From Rhizaria sp. SCN 62-66 (Eukaryota): a stretch of 64,000 nucleotides of DNA. This document shows positions 54,601-60,600 of the stretch, one piece after another. The position numbers were made by a program, and so were the translations under genes. Location: positions 62,001 to 126,000 of the forward strand of contig MEDY01000076.1 in NCBI GenBank assembly GCA_001724265.1. Reading direction: 5' to 3'. Numbering within the stretch: the stretch's first letter is position 1; every line of letters begins with the position of its first letter. Below the pieces are notes generated by a model. It was not told where the DNA came from and ran no database searches. It saw nothing but the letters and a program-made list of their open reading frames with translations.

Positions 54601-57600
54601 TCATCGTCGTTGTCCTCGTCAGAGTCGCTGTCAAGAGACACCGAAGCAGTTGCCGATGAGTACGAAGTCAAAGGGAACTTATGGGTCTTAATGTAGACTA
54701 TTGCACTGGCAACGACCTGGGCAGTCAAAGAAGACAGGAAACCACCAACAGGATGGACAAGCTCGTTCGCGTCATCGCGGGTGCTACTTAGACCGGGGTA
54801 AGCGCCGGCCGCAGGCGCTGCGGAGCTGGAGTTTGCGTACTGCTGGTACTGCTGCGGGTTCATCAGGCCTGAGGAGCGGCGATCAAGTCGAGTGCGGGGG
54901 ATGCCGGCGTTGGCGTTGTTCGCATTGTTGTTCTCAGCTGCAGCCACAAGAGGTGAAGGTGAAATTTGCGTAGGGGACACACCCTGCTGCTGTTGAGTCG
55001 CAACTGTTCCTGATCCAGGGGTCACGTTTCCGCTCGTGTTGTTGCTCATAGACGGCGTTCTCGCAATCTTGTACGCGTTGCCGTACACAGCGTGCCTCGG
55101 CAGCACAGAGCCAGGAAACACCGAGAGCGCGAATGCAACTAACTGGGGCGGGCACACGTTGGACATCAGGTACCGCGTAACCGCACGCGTGTGCAGCGTA
55201 TCAGTCACAGCAAGGGCGTGTAGCGCACCGGCCAACGCAGCCAAGCTCGTGAAAGACTTGCCGCCTGTGTAAGTGGTCTTAGTGCCCACGTTAGTTCGCG
55301 CGGTCGCGCCCTTCGCCTGTGCGCCGCCACTGCCACGAACACGGCTGCGCTGGCCCCACTGCTGCTGGCGCTGCTGCTGCAGCTGTTGCTTCACCGCTGT
55401 CGACGTGAGCAACGCAACATACCACATCAACGGTGGACCCACCGGCAGGCCGGAGAGATGAGCCAGCCGCCGCACAATAGCAGGTGTCGCGAGGCGGCGC
55501 GGGGCCGGCGGCAGCCTCAACAGCGCGGCGACGGCATCGGCCTCGCCGGCGTCGCCAGACGTGACGTTCGCAGGAGCGGGGTCTGAGCTGAGGCGCAGGC
55601 GCGGGGACGCTGCGAGAACAGCGGCCGGGCTCAGCGTGGCTGGAATCGCCACGGGCGGGCGCCAGAGGCCGGCGAGGGCGCGGTCTTCCTCTCTACCATC
55701 CGCGGCAGCGTCTGTGTTGCGATTAGCGCTGGCTGCAGAGAGGCCGCGGCGCGTGAGTGGCAAGTCTGCCACGTCCTTGACGAGAGCCTTGGCGCTGTGG
55801 TCAGTGAGCATGCGCGCGAGCACCGCGGCGGTGCGGCGCTCAACGTCGAGCACGCACGCGACCGCCTTGGCCAGCGGACGCAGCGCCCACGCGGGCTTGC
55901 TGCCGCCGCCGGTGGTGCTCGCCGTCGCGGCCGCGGCCGCGGCGGCCGCGCCAGGCGCGGTGCCGGCGGCGGGCGGGCCCGGCGCGGCGGCGGGCAGCGG
56001 GATGCGAACCCACGCGCAGTCAATGCTCGCCAGCACACTGGCGCGGTCGCGGTACTGCCGCCACGCAGCGCGCGCCTGGGCCTCGCGAGCGGCCTCGAGG
56101 CTGTCGAAAGATACTGCGGAGGCGGGAGGCGCATCGCTATCGCTCTCGCTGTCACTGCCACAGTCACTGGCATCGCTGGGGGTCTGAGGGGGGGGCAGTT
56201 GGCCGCCGCTGTTGCTCTGTTGCGGCAGCAGCGGCAGAGGCGTCGCGGTGGCCGTGATGGCGTTCAAACTAGACGTGCGGCTGAGAGACGCTTCAGGAGA
56301 CGCGCTGGCGGGACGCTGATGGACTGAGGCAAAGCTCGCACTCGCGTCCGCGCCATCAATAACACCAGCGGCGACCGCAACGGGTGCCCTCGCCGCAGTA
56401 GCGTTGCTCTGAGTTGTAGTCTTGGAGCTCTGAGTCGTACTCTTAGTGCGGCCACGAGAGCCAGCAGCAGGGGCGGCAGCGACCGCCGGCGGCGCGGGGG
56501 GCGGCGGTGGCGGGAACAGAGGATGCAGAAGGCCAACCTCGAAGAACGTGTCTGCAATGCCATTCGGCTGCGCGAAAGTCGCGGTCGCGCCGGCATTAGC
56601 GCTATTAACGCCCGTCGAGGTTCCGTAGACTGAGCCCGCAGAGTCGGTGTTGGTGCTGGCAGTGCTCGCAGCGCCGTGGGCGGCGGCGCTCGCGTGGGCC
56701 TTGCTCGCGAGCGCGGCCGAGCCGTGCATGAGGTAGTTGTGGTACGTCGCCGCCGCCGCGGTGCCGTGGCGCGCCCGGGCCCAGCCGCGCGCGCGCAGCA
56801 GCGTGTCGATGGCGTTGATCGCCGTCACGGCGCTGCCGCCCGCGGAGTGCAGCAGCTCGAACACGTCCGCAGGGGCCCACACCGGCGCAGGCGCAAGGGC
56901 CTGCGGGGAGACGACGGAAATTGACGAGTAAGGGCCGTACGCGCCAGCGCTTGCGTTGGCGCTGGCGGCGGCGTTGGGACGCGGGGACAGGCCGCGGCCA
57001 GCAGCGTTCCCTGGGGTGTTGCTTGTAGAGTTACGGCTGGGGGAGCGGGCGCGGGTCAATGAGCCTGTGCTTGTCGCGTTCGCGCTGCTCGTGACTGGGG
57101 GGATCCAGCCGGGCACGTACAGCGACGGGTCGAATATGACATACGACTGGCTATTGCCGTTCGCACTCGTGTTACCCATGTTGGCGTTGGCGGCCGTGCT
57201 AGCGAGCGCTGACGACGGCAGGGCGAGGTACGCCTCAGCCGTGTTTGTCACGGTCGACCTACGGCGGCCGCCCGCAGCGCCCGGAGTCCCGCTCGGTCCG
57301 CCATTGGCGGCCGCAGCGTTAGCCGTGGCGGGGATGACCGTGGCCGCGGTGGAGCGCGTCTGCGTGGAGGAGTACACCGGCAGCAGCGACTGCAAGCCGC
57401 GGTAGCCCGCGGAGACGCCCCAGGGGTCGCGCGCGGCGGCCGCGGTGGTGTAGGTCAGCAGGCCGGCGGCAGTAGATGGGTAGAAGCGGGAGAGCCCGGC
57501 CCAGAGCGAAGTTGACGGGGACCGGTAGGCCGCGGAGAACGCGCTGGGGGCAAGGTTGCCGGGGGCCGCCTCGATGTCGCCAGCGTTGTTAGTGCTGCCA

Positions 57601-60600
57601 AAGTGTGGGGACGATGTGAAGGACGCGGTCGACGAAGACATCATCAGCGTGTGCTCCGCGAGTACGGCAGCGGCCCGGTCCGGGTCCGTGTCAGCGAGCC
57701 AGGCGAGGTAGGCCACGTCAGCGGCCACGGACGCGGCGTGCGACGAGGACGACGACCAGAGCGGAACCATCGCAGAGCTTACACTGGCGCCGTATGAGCC
57801 GTGGCTGGCGCCGCTAGCGCTCGAAAGCGAGCCAGCGCCGGGCAGGCCGTTCGACGTCCCTTGGCGGGTGAGCGTAGGCTGAGGCAGCAACATCGAAGAA
57901 GTTGTGTTGTTGTTGCCAATATTGCTGTTGTTGCCGTACGGCAGTGTGTGAGCAGGGAACAATGGAGCTGCGCTAGAGATCGCGTGCGACTGCGCATAGA
58001 TATATGAATCTGCTTCAGTCGCACTCGCCGCCGAAGCAGAGTTCGCATCACCGTTGGCGTTGTTGGGGTCGTTCTCCTGCTCTTCAGTCACCGCGGTGGA
58101 GACAATGGGGGCCTCGGGCCACAGCGCGGCCGCGGCAGTGAGCCATGAATAGGGCAGCAGCCCGCCAGCGGGGCCAGCAGCGCCGGTGGCCAGACCGGAG
58201 GCAGCGTCCCACAGACGGGCCATCGAAGCAGACCACGAGCACACGGAACCTGCGCTGGACGACGCGGATAGCAAAGCGCTCGGAGAAGCGGCGGCGGTGG
58301 CAGCAGCAGTGGCAGCGGCAGAAAAGGGTGTGAGACTGAGGTTGACGTTGAAGGAGGCAGGTGTGTAGTACAAGTGGGACTGCGATGCCGGGGAAGAGTT
58401 GGGACTAACTGCAGTGCTCGTGTTGGTGGTCGTGTCAGAAATGCGGTGAGAGAGATCCATGATGTTGGATAACAAGTCGGGCAACGATACACCCGCGCTA
58501 GCATCACTCTTCTCCGAAGCATTGATCTTCTTCTCAGCACTGGCACAGGATGCGTTAGTATTGGCGTTGTTCGCCTGCTTACTCGCGCGAGCGCGCGCGT
58601 TGTAAAGCTCGGTCAGTTGCGGGACAGTGAGCAGGACAGGGGCAGCCCACTCGTGCGATCCAGTGGACTTGACGCCGCTCTTGTTGTGACTCGCAGGAAC
58701 AGAGGCAGCTGCAGCAGCAAAAGTGACCGTGACGAGCTCGTCTGGAATCGCCCTTGTGTTCACCGGCTCCGGCGCAACGGCCCTGATAAAGCCAGTCTTG
58801 GCAACCCAATACCGACCGTACCAGCCAGCACCGTGCAGCAACACCGCCAGCGGCACTTGTGCGGTCAACACACCGACCGGTGCACTGCTAGCGTTCTTCT
58901 CCGCGTCTAAGCGCCTCGCTGTGGTAGTGTAAGGGGCTGGGAAGTGGAACGTGTCGGCAGTGGTCGCCGCACCCTGAAACGACGCCAGCGCAAGCTGCGG
59001 CTGCGCTTGCGCTGCGCCGGGCGCCAAGTGCGCGCGCACGAAGGCGTCGTCGCCTGTGAACTTCAGCAAGCGCTGCGCGCCGGCGAAGGCCAGTGACTGC
59101 GCGGCGCTGCTGTGAGGCTGAGAGGGCGAGCGGCCGTGGCTGATGGGCGACTGGCTGTGGGCGGTCGCAGCGGCAAGGGAGTGCACGATGGGCGACAGAG
59201 CAGCACTGCGGTCGCTGAAGGCACTCTTGCCGGCGCCCGCGGGAGCAAGGCGCGGCACCATGCCACGGAACAGGTACCGAGGGTCGAAGCTATCTGTGCG
59301 GGACAGCAAAGAGCCCCCTTGCTGCGCCTCGGACCCAGACCTGGCGCGCCCAGCGTCACCAGTCGCATTGGCGCCATTCACCACGTTTGCAGTGGGAACA
59401 GCGGTCACAGCGGGCCGAAGCGGAGGGTCAATGAAGTCGACAAAGAGGTAATCGCCCTTCGACACGACATACAGACCGGGCAACAATGAGTACGCACCAC
59501 TGTGCTGCTGCCTCTTGTCATTGCCGTTGTTGTTGCCATTGATGCGCATCTCAGCAGTCGACAGCGCACATGCCCGCGGGTCACTGTACACCGGCGACGT
59601 CAGCGACGCCAGCAGACCGTGGGTCAACAGCGAGCCGAGGCCGAAGAGATACCGCGACAAAACCAGCGCGTGCAGCCGGAAGCGCGCGCAGACGCCGATG
59701 TAATGGGTCGCCAGCGAGCGCCCGAGCGACGGCAGCGACGGAGAAGGCACGGACCGGGAGAAACCGGCGTGGGCAAGCAGGGACGGGAAGTTAAGCCGCA
59801 GCATTGTCGCAGCGGCGGATACCATCGCGGCCGCATTCACGTTACGAGTGTTGCCAAGAAGCAAGGCAGACGTCATGATCATCGTCGCATTCATGTTGCT
59901 GGGATTGTTGAACGGTGAAGGACCACGACTGTTCGAAGCACTGTTTGCATCCACCGCATGATTCAGCTGCGGTTGAGCTGAGGTGCTACCAGTGTTGTTG
60001 TTGGCGGTGGCACCCCAGCGCTGTTCAACGTGGGCGCCAACAAGCGCAGTCACCTGTTCAACCAAACTCGCCGTCAGAGTCTTGGTCAGGTGCGCAACGA
60101 CCCACTCGCCGCCCACAACGCCACCCGGGCTGCTCGCGTCAGAGCTAGTCAGCGCGGCGGTACGGCGAGACGCGGTGTGGTTGCAACGCGCGTCACGCTC
60201 GACGAGCGCCAGCGCGGCGACAAACGCGCGCGTGCGGGCGCCAGGAGCGCAGAGCCACGCGTCGGCGGCGGCGGCACGCGCAGCGGCCGCAAGCACCGGT
60301 GCTACGGCTCTGCGCACCGCGGCCGGCAGCGCCTGCAGCAGCGCAGTAACCGCGGTCGCCGCCGCCGTCGCAGAGGCGGCGCCGGAGTCAGCGTCAAGTG
60401 TCAGCGACTGTGTCTGGGACTGCAGCACGGAGGTCGAGGAGCCAAACGACGCCGCGTGCACAGCAGCTGCAGTGCGAGCAGCCAAGACTCTGGCAGTGTT
60501 ATGTGCCCAATCAGCCGCAGTACCGCTCGCAGAAGCGGAAGCGAGACTGGAGTCATTCGCGCTGCTCGCGCTGCTGTTGCCACCGGTGTGGTTGACCGTG

